A DNA stretch of 64,000 bases, taken from assembly GCA_000934665.2 (NCBI GenBank), contig KZ538211.1:1-64000 (forward strand). Reading direction: 5' to 3'. Numbering within the stretch: the stretch's first letter is position 1; each line of letters opens with the position of its first letter. Under the pieces are notes generated by a model. That model made no database searches. It saw nothing but the letters and a program-made list of their open reading frames with translations, and was not told the origin of the DNA. The DNA comes from Catajapyx aquilonaris (Eukaryota). The position numbers and the translations under genes are program-made. Shown here one piece after another: positions 14,095 to 28,300 of the stretch.

Positions 14095-14559
14095 CTATAA
14101 ACATAAATTTAAATATTCACCCTCCCGTGTTAAGTCGAGTGGGTCCCAACAAAAGCCTTATAATGAAGTCCCTTCCCCAAAACACACACTCTAAATATAT
14201 ATAAAAAAAGCCTTAAACAAATTCCTTAATTCCCTTTTCAATTTTTCATGCCAAGAGGATGGGGGGAGGCTCCAAATCTTTTCGTCGCCTGCAGCCAACC
14301 AAACCCCAGGTCGATTCATTAAACATGTCAAATAAAAAAGCAAAGGGGATGGTGGAGGGGGAAGGAAGGAAGCTGTCTTAGCATGGACAAATTGTAATCT
14401 GATTTCAAGCCCTTTAGGTAAAAAAGAAAGAAAAAAAAAAACAGCTCTAATGCAATAACTCAGCCCGTGACGTGAGGGTAGGCTACACTCGAATCATCAT
14501 TTCCGTCCCCTTATCGCGGTTTCAGAATGTTCTTTGGGTTGGGCTGAGACAAGACTGAC

Positions 14560-14898
14560 CTGCAAAGAAGAGTCGTGGGACGCATATTCCAGGCTGGGGC
14601 TGTCCTGGGATGGACTGTGGGGTGACGGGAGCGGCCAGGATGTCGTAGTCGTTCCCTGAGGAGCCCACGGCCACGAAGGAATAGGACCCTCTCGACCAGG
14701 GGTCAGCCCTCCACCGGGTGACCACCGTCTCCTTGGGCTGTGGCACGGCGCTGTTTCCGAAGATTCCCTTGAGCACGGCGATGCAACGGCCGACGATCAC
14801 GTCGTCGCTGACGTTCTCCATGATGGCGGCAGCCTCTCCGGCCACCAGGGCCAGCAAAACAGGCGCCTTGTACAGGTTCCAGAACAGGAACAGCTCCC
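14560..14898 (-). CDS. KDM1A: LSD1/KDM1A exon, 339 nt
   Basis: (G)[93 protein letters not shown]...PRLFFA(G). Acceptor cattttcag|GG; donor GCAG|gtcagt. Confidence 0.96.
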
Positions 14899-15807
14899 CT
14901 GAAAATGGCGAGGGGGGGCAGACACCATGTAATGAGCATTGCCGCGGCTTGCAAGCATCAAGTACGCTGGATGGCTCCGACCGGTGGCAGGATCAACATT
15001 CCCGCGCTCAAAATTCGCATTTAAATGTACGGAAATTACGCCTGGCCAACCGTCGTCCTTCGCTAAATAAACCCCCTGCCTGATGTGTTATTCTCATGCC
15101 CCTGCTGCTCTCTCTACTAATTCCTAGTTCATCCATGCTTCCGCTTGCTGTCACGGTAGGTGCGTGTCGATATATGTATGTTTTTAAAATAAATTGTCCC
15201 GATATCTGCGCCAAATCTACCAAAATGATCTACAAAAATAATATTGCGGAAGGGAAAGTATATGCAAACCATGTTATGTAAGTTATAGTGCGGATGCGCC
15301 ATGTTTTTGCTCCGGAAGTGATATATACGTTGGAAAAAAATAATTAAAAAAGCCCGCCTTTTGATCCGGAGTGTTTGTTCATTTGTTATTTACACTGTTT
15401 CCTCTCTCCTCTGTATCTCTCTTTTTTTCCAGTCTCCCGATTGCGCGCGTAGTATATAGTATAGGCTGATGGTGCTGTTGCTGGTTTGATGGTGTCCTGG
15501 CGCTTTGCATGCGTTAAACTAATGCCGCCTCGCAGGCTGGGTGCACAAAGCGCAGGCCCCGTGTGCACAATCCATTGGAGAGCAGCACAACCATTTCGCA
15601 TTGAAGTTTGCACTACGGGCTCTATTTCCGCCAAACAAATAATTCCGGCTGTTTGCACACAGATCACGTCGGCTCTTTGCACACGGCCCGCCCGCAGTTA
15701 CCTACTGCATTGTTCCCCGCTTAATGCACTTATGGGGCCCCAGCATCCGTGTGTAATTTCGTTGCATTATTTCTTTTCGGGCGGGGGTGGCTCCCTCGGA
15801 AATTTAT

Positions 15808-15913
15808 TTCCTCGGTAGGTGGAGCCACCCTCGCTCAGTAATAACCACTTTCTTTTGGCAGATGGCGCCACCCTCGCTCTGTAAATGTTAGTTTCCTAGG
15901 CAGATGGCGCCAC
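15808..15913 (+). promoter_or_regulatory. Three tandem CTCF-like motifs in a degenerate ~42-43-bp repeat
   Basis: AGGTGGAGCCAC (15817), AGATGGCGCCAC (15860) and AGATGGCGCCAC (15902), all in the same orientation. The first two share the flank cctcgctc(a/t)gtaa. They match the AG(A/G)TGGCGC core of CTCF sites. Confidence 0.55.
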
Positions 15914-15924
15914 AACACACGCAC

Positions 15925-16161
15925 CTCGGCTGGCAGTGGTGCTTCCGACGTGTCCGAAGAGGTTGGCATTGGGATCCCAGAAGATGCGGTCGAAGCAGAG
16001 GACCACCTTGTTCAGGTTGCCGAATCCCAGCCGCTGCACGGAGGCCACCTTCCACTCGGGCAAGGGTGGCACAAACTGGACGGTGTTGGGCAGGCCCTGG
16101 GCACCGGAGGCCGTGGCCTGCTTCAGGACACCCAAGGGCAGGGTGCACAGCACCGCGTCAC
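15925..16161 (-). CDS. KDM1A: LSD1/KDM1A exon, 237 nt, amine-oxidase domain including the catalytic Lys (human K661 motif)
   Basis: (G)[14 protein letters not shown]...[52 protein letters not shown](G). Acceptor ttttcag|GT after a 78-nt intron (16162-16239); donor CGAG|gtgcgt. Confidence 0.96.
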
Positions 16162-16239
16162 CTGAAAACGGGGCAGACAAACGGTGGGGTCAGTTTCATG
16201 GGATGAATAATCCGGAATACCTGCACTGGGGCAACTGAC

Positions 16240-16392
16240 CTTTGTAAGTGGAAGGGTTCCCGTGGTTCCTGGAGTTCGATGTGAGGACTTCGATGCCGTT
16301 GGGCCCGTAGCGGATCTGTCGTACGGCGGTGTTCAGCTTGATGTCCAGTCCCTCGGACAGCGATACGGGGACGCAGGAGTACCCGTTGCGAA
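16240..16392 (-). CDS. KDM1A: Lysine-specific histone demethylase 1A (LSD1; Drosophila Su(var)3-3), most 5' exon in the window, 153 nt; gene is partial, upstream exons not found
   Basis: Translates (V)[50 protein letters not shown](G), matching the LSD1 amine-oxidase segment [21 protein letters not shown]. Acceptor tttttgtttgtcccctcgacag|TT; donor AAAG|gtcagt; phase 1 at both ends. Confidence 0.93.
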
Positions 16393-19300
16393 CTGTCGAG
16401 GGGACAAACAAAAAGCAATTACATGACAAGGTGACGGAAACCCTCGAGGAACATCATAGCTAGCTGGAAAGTAGCTCGAGAGCGCGGTAAACATGTCACT
16501 TGAAACGTTTGCTCGCATCTCCCCGCCCCCCTAGGGCCGTAACTCTGCCGGTTACAAAGTCGGCTCGTTATTCCACACTTGCCGTAACGGCACGATTTAC
16601 GTCATTACAATCCGGTAAGCATCCGGCGCCATAAACATCCGGAGGGCGTCGGACCTCACGACACTTCCGTCCCGGCCTTGTCACGTTTTCCCTGTACCTG
16701 TCCGCAATATACGTCACCAGGGCCTCCCTTTTTATTTGAACGGCCGGTACCGCATCGCCGTACACACATAATCCGACAAATAACGACCTCCCTGCATATG
16801 GCTTGTACAGCATATCTGATTGGGAGCAAGGTAAGCGCTGCAGGTGTTGGCTGTGTGAGCGTGTGTGTGTGTGTGTGGATGTGGCGTGGCTTAGAGAGGA
16901 AGGAGGGTGGGGGGAGCATGTGTATAAAGATGGCCGACCTGTGCGAAAAAGGTGGGAGAACTGGCTGGGCCTGTCTGAAATGAAGCGGTCAGCTGGCGGT
17001 CTTTGCCTAGCTTCAATCCTCTTACCAGGGCCATTTTGCCCCTCCCACCACCCAGAAGGTGGGGGGAAAGGGGAGGCGGAGTCCAAACACGATATATCTG
17101 CACACACACACACACACCACTCTCTCACCGCCACACCAGGTGATTCTCAAAACTAAAACTTCATTCCGAGACGAGGTAAAAACCGGCGGGTATAGGGTGC
17201 TTATCAAATCCATGGTGAATCATACACGTGGCGAATTATTAGAATGATTAATACTAATATTACTACCGCCATTAATAGGGAAATGGGCAGATCAGAAATT
17301 ATATGGCATCCATGGGCATCGGCAGAATCCCTGATGGGAAATGGAGGTGACTCGTGTGATTCCCAGTTTTCTGGTGGTAATCCCGTAATTACACGCGTTG
17401 CTGACCAAAGCTGGCCAATCACCTGACTGCACTCCATTTCTCTTTCGGGACATCTCTATATGGATTGGGAGTCACCCGACCAGCAGCAGCATCAGGGACA
17501 CGCCGAGAGTGGAGATTGGCGTCCGACAAAAATGTGTGTCCATCCGTGCTAATGCCGCATGCCAAAAAAAGAAAGAATAAAAGTGACTAACCATTTCTAT
17601 ATGTACGCAGCAGCAACATTTGATGAGCGACTAATTACACCTTGAATTAGTAACGCGGAATTCAGAGAAAGAGCTTGTGTAACTTTATACGGCCCATTTC
17701 AACTGGGTCACGCCGGCTAATCACGAATATTTGGACGGCTTAACCGACGTCAGCACCCACTTTAAACGACGCGTACAAAGTTGGACAACTCTCTGAATTC
17801 CGTCGCTACTGTGTAATCGGGTAATTTCATTATACAGGGTGGTGCACTGTACCCAGTTCAACAGATTCAACAATCCTATGACGAACAATTGCCTTTTTTC
17901 CCCAAAGGTCCAAAAAGTCCACCACATTCAAACCGCACGTTCCGAAGAAGATATTGCCAGATCATGACCCAAGAATCTGCACTCTCTGATGGCCACCGGC
18001 AACTGTGGCGCGCAATTTCGGACATCGGCCACACCTGGCCATCTTAAATTGTGGTCGGAGCGTGTTGGCAAGAAATCCCAGCAATCATGCGGGCCCAGCT
18101 TTCTTAATTGCCAAACGCGGAAGGCACCCCCCGTCCGCCATTGGAATATGAAAACTGACATCCCGGATGAAATATTAGGCGGGCGCTTATCTGGACCGCA
18201 GAAGCACCCAACAAAAAGGGGAAGCAGAAAAAAAAGCAATGGCCGAGCCTTGGTCAAACACGTTGAACTGATTGATCTCGCGGTGAATATGCAGGGAAGT
18301 AAAGGCATGTGAGAGAGAAAAAAAAAAGGGCTAAGTCGAGGGCACCAAACCCCCTCCATGCCTTCTTCGAAAAAAAGGATAAACCGGTCCTGAGAATCGG
18401 CTGGCATCTGTCATTACGCGCTTGCCATCAAGGCTCTTCAAGCTCAGGCTCGCGTTCCTTCGTGCTGCCCTCTCCTTTTTTCAACCTCGGTTCTGAAACC
18501 AACTCTGGTCAAGTGTGGGAGAGCACCACACACACACACACACCCAAAATTAAAACTGCGCTGCTTGTACCCCCTCGATTCCTCCCTAAAAAAAGTTTTG
18601 GGGCACCAACAACCAGCAACCTCTCAGGATGGGTCCCGTGCTTCCGGGCTCGAGTGAGTCATTACTGGAGGTTTCCAACTCGACGAGTACTGCTAAGCTC
18701 TTCACAACTTATCAAGCGTGCACTCATTTTTCGACTCAAAACACGATCCGGAATTTTTTCCCACCCGGTTTACGATTTACATGGTGAAAAAAAGTTCAGT
18801 CATTTGAATTGGCGTAGCCGCAATCCACCTGCTAAGTCCGCAGTTCGATCCCGTATAGGATTTCCATATCGAGGTGTCCCAGCATTAGCACGAGTGAGGA
18901 GTGACCCGTCAAGGAGAGTGTAACAAGGAAGCAGTATGTAGACATACAGGTTGGAGGGGACAGAGGCGTTGACATCACCTGGAAGAAAAGGGAAGGAAGG
19001 TGGGTGGGAAGGCACCCATCAGATGAGCCTGGGGGGACCTCCTCAGTTTACAATCCGATTTTTCACCCTGGGACAGAGTTATTAACTCGCGCTTCGGGAA
19101 GAACTGACGGCCCAGGTCCCTGCGGATCGAATAACAATGCGGGCCTCCAGAAAAGACGTGGGGGGTAGGGGGGGGGGAGGGGAAGAGGGCTTTTTCACCT
19201 TGTCAAAGATTACCGGGCCCCGATTTTTTGAGGTGGCAGGGATGTAGGGAGGACGAACCGAGTATGTAAAATAAGGTAATTTTTCCTGTCTCCCCCCATC

Positions 19301-22300
19301 GCTTCCAGGGGAATATCGAAAACGCCTCCGTGTCCCAGTTTATCGACACAGCATCTTATATTATTCTCCCATCCTTCCCCCCCTCTTTTATTCAGATATT
19401 CATCTCCGGGTGGCCCAACCTGCCAGGAGAATTGATCACCGGAGATTAATTATTCTTGGCGTGGCTTGGGCCTTACGGACAACAATGAACTTGCGGCGGG
19501 CGGGAGCCATCGGATTTATTAATTCGGGAAGGACGCATCGCCGGAATGCACCTGCGACGACGCTTCGTGTGTACTTTTGCAGCAGAATGTGTTGGTCGCA
19601 TGATTTCGGGTCCAGCCAAATAGCCAGACTGCTGGTACGGATCATGAGACCAATGGAGCGGCAAATTTGAGCTGAAGCATCATTTTGACGTGGTGCCAAA
19701 GCCAGCTCAGAGAAGATGCCGACTGGATAGTTTTTTATATCCGGAGGGAGTGGAGAGTGTATATAGTATCGGGGAAAATGGGTTGTTGAAGAGTGTGGTG
19801 GGCATGCATATTCACGGAAGAGTAGCTTCGGTCGTTAAAGAGCCCTCGGGTTTAATCTCGGGAGGATCGTTGACATAAGCGGGGAGAAGCGCCATCACTT
19901 TTTTCCCCCCTAGGCCTGTGCTGCAGCAGTGTGAGGTAAAAGTGTCTCCAGTGGGAGGGGAGGGAAGAAGAGGAAAACAATGTCGGTGCTTAGGGTAGTG
20001 GAAAAGTTTGGAGGATTGCTTTTTACCGGATGCAAGATGAGGAGGTGGCTGTGTTGTAAAAAGGAATGTGGGGTGGAGGCAAGCCAGTAAAGAGGGGGGG
20101 ACGAGGATGGCGGCAGGTAGCGAGACACCAATTCAATTAACTTTGACGTTGTCAGGCAAGAATTCGGCTTCTCCTCGTCGAGTGGGGCCGGTCGCAGCAG
20201 TGGAGGGAAAAGTGGTTTCCTGGCTGCAGGGATCAAAGGGGGGCCACACACACACACACCTGGGCCGGAGCACACAGCCTCCTATCCACCCACCAGCCGT
20301 TTATTTGCCTTTGTTGATGGCTGGGGAATTTTCCGCGACCTGGACACATTCACGCCGCAAATAGACACTCGCAGGCAGCCCGAGGGGACCCCCAGACCCC
20401 CGCGCTGCTCTCCGACGCCCAAAGACAACACTGGGCCGCCGCCACCGACGCAGACCCAGCCCGCAGCCTGATGCATTATCTCTCACACACACACAAGACA
20501 CGGACATCAACTATTCATCAGCCGACAGAAAGCAGCTCCCTCCCTACTTAGCACTTGGCGTAAAAACTAACGTCTGCTTGCCACTTGTGTATACATACAC
20601 CGACCAACGCAGCACTGCATACATGTCATTTGGCTGGCTTGGCGGCTCGTTACAGGATGCATAATTGTGTTCTCACGACGCCGTGGTTCATGCCCACTCG
20701 TGTTTATTGTGTGCCTGGGTTGGGCCAGCTTTGCTCCGGCACCCATCCATTTACAAGGAGACAATCACGAGCATTAACATTTGTACTTTTGCAGATGTGT
20801 TATACTCTCGAATCTTGGGAGGAGAAAAGAGGTATAATTTACCATTTTTCCCGATTTTTTTTTTGACGGGTACAATCGCGTGGGTAAAAGGTGCGCACGC
20901 GTGCATTATGAATAGGCCGTGCAAAGGAGGCCAACTGGACCCGAAACCCGAAATTGGAGGGGGGCAGGTCCACCCTTGTACACACACATCTGCTGCTCCG
21001 CGATTGGGAAAATTGCACTGTTCCTGTCATTAAACCGCGCTTTCTAAAACAAATATCAACCGTCGCTTGGCCTGCGAGGATGGCCGTAATTTTTAAAACG
21101 CAGCACCTCCAGTAATGCTAGTTATTTCGTCCTCACACCGCCTTCCGAGTGTAGACTGATGCACTTGAAAGAAACATGCACTCGACGGTTCAAGCGTTCT
21201 GTTACACAATGCCTGCGGTTACCTCGAAAATTCTCATTACGACTGCACCGCAAAATAGTGCTCCTTTCTTTCTCTTATATCACTCGACTCAGGTATGTAC
21301 TTGAACTTTGAAGGACCTTATGTTCAGAATGACCCGACAAATTGTTATAGCTGCAAAGACAATTCAGGTGTTAACTTTTCTGACTTGTAGCCTATAGAGT
21401 GGGCGCAGTATAGATCCATATGTGAATGAACTCATTGCACGTGTGTGTGCAAAGTGTACTAATATCACACACACCGAACCTGATGACGCGCAAGTGGCCA
21501 GCTTCCACGCGTTCCACAGCGTTCCCCTCACATTGCAAAACCAGCCAATATAAACAAAGTTGCGGCGCTGTTATCCGGCAATTGCCCGGAATAAAAGTTC
21601 CATGCAACGACGTCAGTATCGAAACACCCTAAATTCGGACAATTAGCTATCGGGTGTTGGGTGCACGTGATGAACTTGATATACAGGCATAGAAGCATGC
21701 CTGGTGGTCCGGGGAAAAGCTCCAGCTGGTGGTGGTGGTGCGAGGGGATGTTTTTCTCCATGATGGCCAGTTGCGTTCGGATGTGCGGGCTTGAGGTTTC
21801 CAGAAAGCGCAGTAACCGTCGGAGAGGATACTCAGCACCGACGCCACCGACGCCGCCCACTTGGAAATCCCCCGCCAACATTAGCCGGAATCCGAACCCG
21901 CCCGCGTTTGTCTTGCCCCCCTTTCCCATGCCCCCACTTTTAATCTGACTCCAGGGGAAAACGGCTGAGTAGTTAGACTCATTTTCGGCCTCCCGTGATG
22001 GCCGTAAACGACTTAGCTTACGCCAGGAACTTGCTACAAGGCCCTCCCACTCCTCCTCCTTCCTCCACCCCCTACTTGCCTCCCTCCGATTAAGTCCGGA
22101 TGATAAAGCGACAAAATTTTAATCAAGTGACATTATATGTGCGACGAGTTGCTTACAACTAAATGGCCGCCGGAATTTCAATTAAGACGGCATTGTGTCC
22201 TGAAAGGAGACGAATGGATGGTGCAACCTCTCACTTGGAGGAGGACCACTTCCCCTATTACTCCCGGGCTCCTGTCAGCGACGACTTTACTCTTATAAAT

Positions 22301-25300
22301 CACCGAGCTTACAATTGCACGCCGCCAATCGCAGCCCCCCCCCCCCTTTCTCCCGCCTTCCGTCTCTCTCGCTCTGTCCCAGCACCCTGTAGACATTAGC
22401 TCTGACACCTATTTGCACGGAGGTGACATCAAGGGCGAGCTAGTTCACTCCTAGTAACTTTGCCAAATTCTGCTCCGGCCGAGGAAGGACTGCCACGTTG
22501 CCTGACTCCGTCTTTGACCGTCCACAAAAAAAAGGGGGGCGAAATCTAATTACCGATTCAAGGAATCGGACTTTCCGACTAAGATACGTATACCACAGTC
22601 TCACAAATGACTTCCTGTGAAATTGCACGAGTAATTCTTCCTATATAAACGTATATAATTCACCTGGTTGCCCGACCACTCATATAGCCTATACTGAATA
22701 GTCAAAAATTGGAAAGATTCGGCGTGTACAATATGCTCGGGAGTATATAATTAATAGGTAACGAGAGGGTTTGTTCCTCAACATATTCCATTGCAAAAAT
22801 CCGAGTTTGACCGAGGAAACTCTGCAATTATCTGAAAAGCACCTGCGATAGCTTTACAAATAACGGAGCGCGTATCCTGCAATTCTGCATCGGAGGCGAA
22901 TGTTGTTATGCACGGCTATAGGAAACACGTATTCTGAGAAGAATGCTTGCTCACAAAAACAGCGAGTAATGAATCAGGCAGCTTTAGTTCCATCAGTTAG
23001 GGGAAAATACGATCGTTGCCCCCCCTCTCCTGGCTCGAATGGTGCTGGCCCCCTCCTGGCCCTTTCCCCTTCGGAGCGAATTGTCCCGGCACGATTGAAG
23101 CCAATAAGACCCGGCAACAAATGGGTGCTCTGGTGGCATGAAAGCCATCAGGGCCAACCAGGCATCAGATTCATGAAAACTGGCACCATCACGGCAGGCC
23201 ACGAACATGTCAAGTGGGCGTGCCTGCGGAAACACCATGCAGGGCCTTCAATCAGCTCGAGATCCTCCAGCACATACCATCATTTATACTGCGTATAAAT
23301 ACTGCAGTGCATAACGCGCATTACACGTCGACGTGTACGTGACGTGGTGTGCAACGGAAAGTGTAGGCAGAGGCACTGGAGAGATATCTTATATGGCTGG
23401 CCCATTTATTCCCGCCACACATCCACACATTGGCGGTGCAGCTGCAGCAGTAGCAGCCAGCAAAAGCCGAAGCCAATATGAGTCACAGCTGGCGAGGAAG
23501 CTCAGGCTAATGGCCCTTTTTGTCGGCCCTGTATGAGTCGTTCCAGTCAGGTGGAGGCTGGGTCGCCGAATAATGGCCCCAGACTCTCTGGCCTTTTCCT
23601 AACTCTCCCCATCCCCCACACCACCCCTCCCCCATTCCCACCTAGCCATAACCAGTGATCGGCATGTCATGCAAAATCAGACAACTAAGGCAATTAGACC
23701 CCTTCGGCTCCATCACGCTGCTACATATTTTTAAAGTCTCCAATCAGTCGAAAGCTGCCAAGTATTTCAATCTTCCACTCATTATGGTATTGCGACATTT
23801 TGGAAAAATCCTTTATATTGGATGACAGAACAATGGCTAAAGCAGCAATGCAGCAGCTTGAAAGCGAGTAAAGGCCAGCAGTGAGAAGGAGCTAAACCGG
23901 ATAAAAACTTCCTCGCATTTAAGTCTCGTTATCCGCGTGGTGGGAGGTGGGGGGAGAAGGGGGTGGCTGGGAAATTCCTCTGTTTTAAGGGCCACAAAAT
24001 GAAATCCACGCCTTCCCTCGCTCATTACACGGCCCCCTCCGGAACCATCATTTGGAAATTTGCGCGCACCGGATCTTGCAATCAGGCAAATTGGCGCAAG
24101 TAGTAACTGATAAAACTGCTAATCACGAAAATGGCCGATGACGAGAGCCGCGCAATGTGTGGTCCTCTCTCCATATAGTGGGAGGGAGGGGGGCCAAAAA
24201 GGAAAGGTTGTTAGGGCTGTCACTCAGGCAGGACCACTTTCATATGTATAATTAGGTGGTGGCAAGGTGGAAAGGTGGGTAGCACGCATGCAAAAGCAGC
24301 TGAGGCGTGGGGCCAATGACAAGTGGAGGAACGGTTGGCCACCACCGCTCCTCGCCCGCCTTTTCCACCAAGCTTGGCTCCTCCTCCGTCCTTCCTTCCT
24401 GCTCTCTTTGGACACACACACACTCACACAGCTAGCTATCCGAACACGCCATCACCACAGGGTGATTCGCAAACGACAATGCATGCCAAGAAGTTACAGA
24501 CTGTTTGCCCTCCAGCGGAAATCACAGCAAAGCTGAGCCATTTGCACAGCAGGACCAAGTCAACTAGACCAGGTCCACTATGTCGTTGCATTCCAACACT
24601 GATGGGCACTCTCGGGTCCCAACGGAATTCAACGATGCTGACACGCAGTCACTGGGTTAGCAGTGCCTGGCAACCAAATAATGGACCGGGTCCAGTTCAC
24701 TTGGTGCTGTGCAAATGGTCCGCAAGTGCATGCAGTCCCTAATTGTTGCTCCTCTGCTGCTGGGGTAATAACACGTCACTTCCTCCTCTTGAACCGAATA
24801 GGCGCAATGCAGAGCTGGGAACATGCACCTCGCATCAAAACCATTATACATGCTGCGTTTTGATTGGTATCTATACTCAGTTTGCACTAGTCGCTCACTT
24901 TGTGCGCCCATTCTGGCAGAAAGGATACGTCTTTCTTATCCTGGCTGTTGGAGCTCCATCAACTAAACATCTAGATTTGGGAGCCCAATGTAGTGGTCCT
25001 AAACCGAGCTGATACCTTCATTACGGAGCGGAGCGGCCATATTTTGAAAACATGATAGCCCCGGCCGCTTCGAATAAGTCCATTCAGCGCATGAGTTAAT
25101 TAGATCAGACGTCGCGATTAGTGGGCAGCTCCCAAAGGACCGTGAAGCAAAAGGAATATCCAGCTGCTGGTGGTACAACAAAAAAGAGATATAGAGCACG
25201 GCCGGTATAAAAATTTCCAGGTAATTAGGCTTTCCCCCGTGCTGTGGACGGACGTAAAAATCCCTCGGCAGCTTAGCAGGAATCCACACAGCAGATTAGC

Positions 25301-28300
25301 GTCCGCATTATTATTTTTTTTCCATAATCAACGGTGTTGACTGCCTGCCAGGAGACAGCAGGAGCAGCTCGTGCCAACCACCCAGTTTTTGACTCCAACA
25401 AACGTGCTCCCAGCAACCTGACTCTATATAAGGAAGAATCGCGTTAGCTCAGGTGATGAACACTAAAATGGAGACAATAAATTCGGATGATTGTTTCTCC
25501 GATTTCAAGTGGTTTCTGGAGTGAACAACCCTCTTAAACTCTGTTGAACTAGGAAAGAGCAGCACATTGCAAATACAGGAGAAGAAGTTGATTTTCATTC
25601 GCAGTGTCCCAGCAGAGCAGGGTTCTTGTCATTGGCAGCAGCAGAAAGTGGTCTGAACTTGGTGGCTGGCAAGGAACGAGCTCGAGATGGTTCCAATCCT
25701 GGCGGTTTATGGCAGCTCAAACTTGCGAAAACACCTCTTTAAGGACCGGACAACATCATCACATCCGCGACAAAGTGTACCCTGCTGGCCATCGACCAAA
25801 GTGTATCAAACTCTACCGGGGTCCTCAGTTATATAAGAAGAAAAAAAAGTGCGCTCTCGAGACCTTATATAAGTTAGCATCAGTTGGCGGAAATGTGTTG
25901 ATGCCGCTCCGCAGGGGAGGGGAGCGCAAATTTTTATTCATTTTTATATAAAAAGCGGCAATTTCATTAAGAACCGCACTTTTCCATAACAAAGGCGCGC
26001 ACTGACAGGAGACGACCATTTGCGAAATTATTATTCAGACTTTGAGGAAGCTCGGCGCAAAATAATCCCTTTTGAAAACATCATTCCGTTTGAACCAAAA
26101 TCGCTCCAGAGAGTTTTTATCCCCCCTCCTCCCATCACCTCGTTTTCCATTTTTGCCCGAGGCCCATGAATGCACAGCTCATTATTATACATTTATAAGC
26201 TGTCTAGGCAAAAGACAGCCGCATTATCATAAACTCCTCGCCCGTAACGTATAAATGTTAAAATAAATTAAAATGTTTCAGATATACACTCCCGATGAGA
26301 CCAACTGCTGCTGCCTCGGACACAATTCGTTTCAGCGGCCTTCGCAAAGTTTTTAATATTTGAGTTGCATCAATAAAGTCGAAATTTTTCCACATTTTAA
26401 GGCAAGAGCAAATAGTTCGGATATTTTGAACAAAGTCGTAGTTCTACTCGACTATTTCAACACGCTGTCAAACTCCTGGGCGATACTGCAGCCTGCAGAA
26501 TTGAATTTTACTTTGGAACACCATCCTCACTTTTCAATTAAATGTTATACAGTTGCTTGATGGTTCTGCTCGAGTTCAATCTAATTTTCACCTTCCAAAA
26601 GTTGGAATTAGCCGGCTTCTCTTATAGCCCGGGGGCAATATTGATTCCAGATCCAATTCGCTGGGTGTGCCATTTGCTTCAAGATTTCGGGGGAAGACAA
26701 AAAATAATACCATAAAATTCGATATTCAACTATGCCAGGGCATTATAAAGAGTTGCTCGATTGTGCACTAAAATTAAATTCCGAAAACAAGGGGCCCCGG
26801 CGTTATCATCAGCCGTGTAACAGGCTCGGTCATTAGAGGCCCGTGGGTACAATAAAGAGATAACGACATATTTGGCTTATTACAAATTATAATTATCGAG
26901 CAATAAACCATTACGAATGACCCCTCTAGAAAGTGGAACAAACGAGGGGGCTTGAATCAGGAATCAGCTGCATTCTAGGGGGAGAGAGAGACCTACCTAT
27001 ATATACGACCACCACCCTCACAACGTTATACACTGTTCTAAACTTGTCCTATGCAAATCAGTTTTATCCACAGTAGAACTTTTATGTATGTAGAAAATAA
27101 CCTTTCGCATTTTATTTTATTTTCTGAGCAGGTGTTCCCAAGTCGCAGGTTGGTGTCTCCCTGAATAACAGGTATAGAGGTGGGCACTAAACTTGGACCA
27201 CTATACAGTGCGGGCTAATAAATGACTCAGCTTTGAGGGGGAGCCTTTGAACGAGAAGGAACACTAAATATAAAAAATGGCAGCAGGGAGAATAAGGCTG
27301 GCCAAGTTGATGTTTCCAGGGAGACTCGTACAAACGGAAATGGAATCGGCGGTGCTTCCTCGGCCTAACACACAGAAAAAAAGAGAGAAGAGAGACAGAG
27401 CGAGAGGATCGGCACGTGACAAGCAGTTATACCGCGGTGCCCCGGTACAGGAGCCCCATCCACAGCGTACAATTCCAAAGTCCCTCGCGCGACATTTCTG
27501 CTGGTCCATCAGCCCAATCCCATCCGTCCCATCCATCTCGTGCCCGTCATGCTTTCCGGACTGATCCTCTCCCATCTCTCCAAGCATGCATTCACCTTGA
27601 TTAGGTCACCAAATGTATAGCTGGCTATGCGCCGGTCTACACGGGCTCACCACACATTCCTGTTTCAAGAGCACACGCTGCAAACCAAGCCATATTTCAA
27701 TTATTTTAATAGGAGCATCAATTAACGATCGAGTAAAAATTCCGGCTGCATGTACACGCACATAAATGCGTGTACGCTGCATACTAATGAATGGGCATCG
27801 ATTTGGGCGTAACAAAGTTATATGCACACACGTGCAGCCAGTTAAAAGGGAATGCGCAACGTGGGCTGCTGATACACAGCAAGAGATGAAAGTGCGGGCG
27901 GCATCAAATATTAAGCCCCTTGCTCTCCGTGTCCCCTAACATAATGTTTTACGCCGAAGGGGCGCAAATGAAGATAAATCCCAGGCGCTTGAACCGCTTT
28001 ATTGGGTTACGGCCCAGATCTCGGGACAAATAATTGAGCGAAATTAGCTCCTTTTCTGCTGCAGCAATAAGCCCCTAATCAGGCTCTGGAGTTACACACT
28101 ACTATTACCACTCGGCCTCCAACAGAGGTCGTGAATTATACGAGGGAGCGCCTTCGCAAGCACAAACTCGCAAAACATTGCCGTGCGGGAGAGGGAGGGG
28201 CCAGGCCAGATATGCCATCGCACACCAATTACGCACTTTTTTTGCTCTCATCCTCGGACAGCCAGCGCGCTAAATATTCCTCGGTTATAAATAACAAAAA

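Noticed and set aside
15808..15913. Repeat-spacer pattern as a CRISPR array
   Set aside because: Only three short degenerate units with related spacers, no cas genes, inside a eukaryotic intron.
16162..16239. 78-nt intron as a possible in-frame retained intron
   Set aside because: It contains an in-frame TGA ([15 protein letters not shown]).
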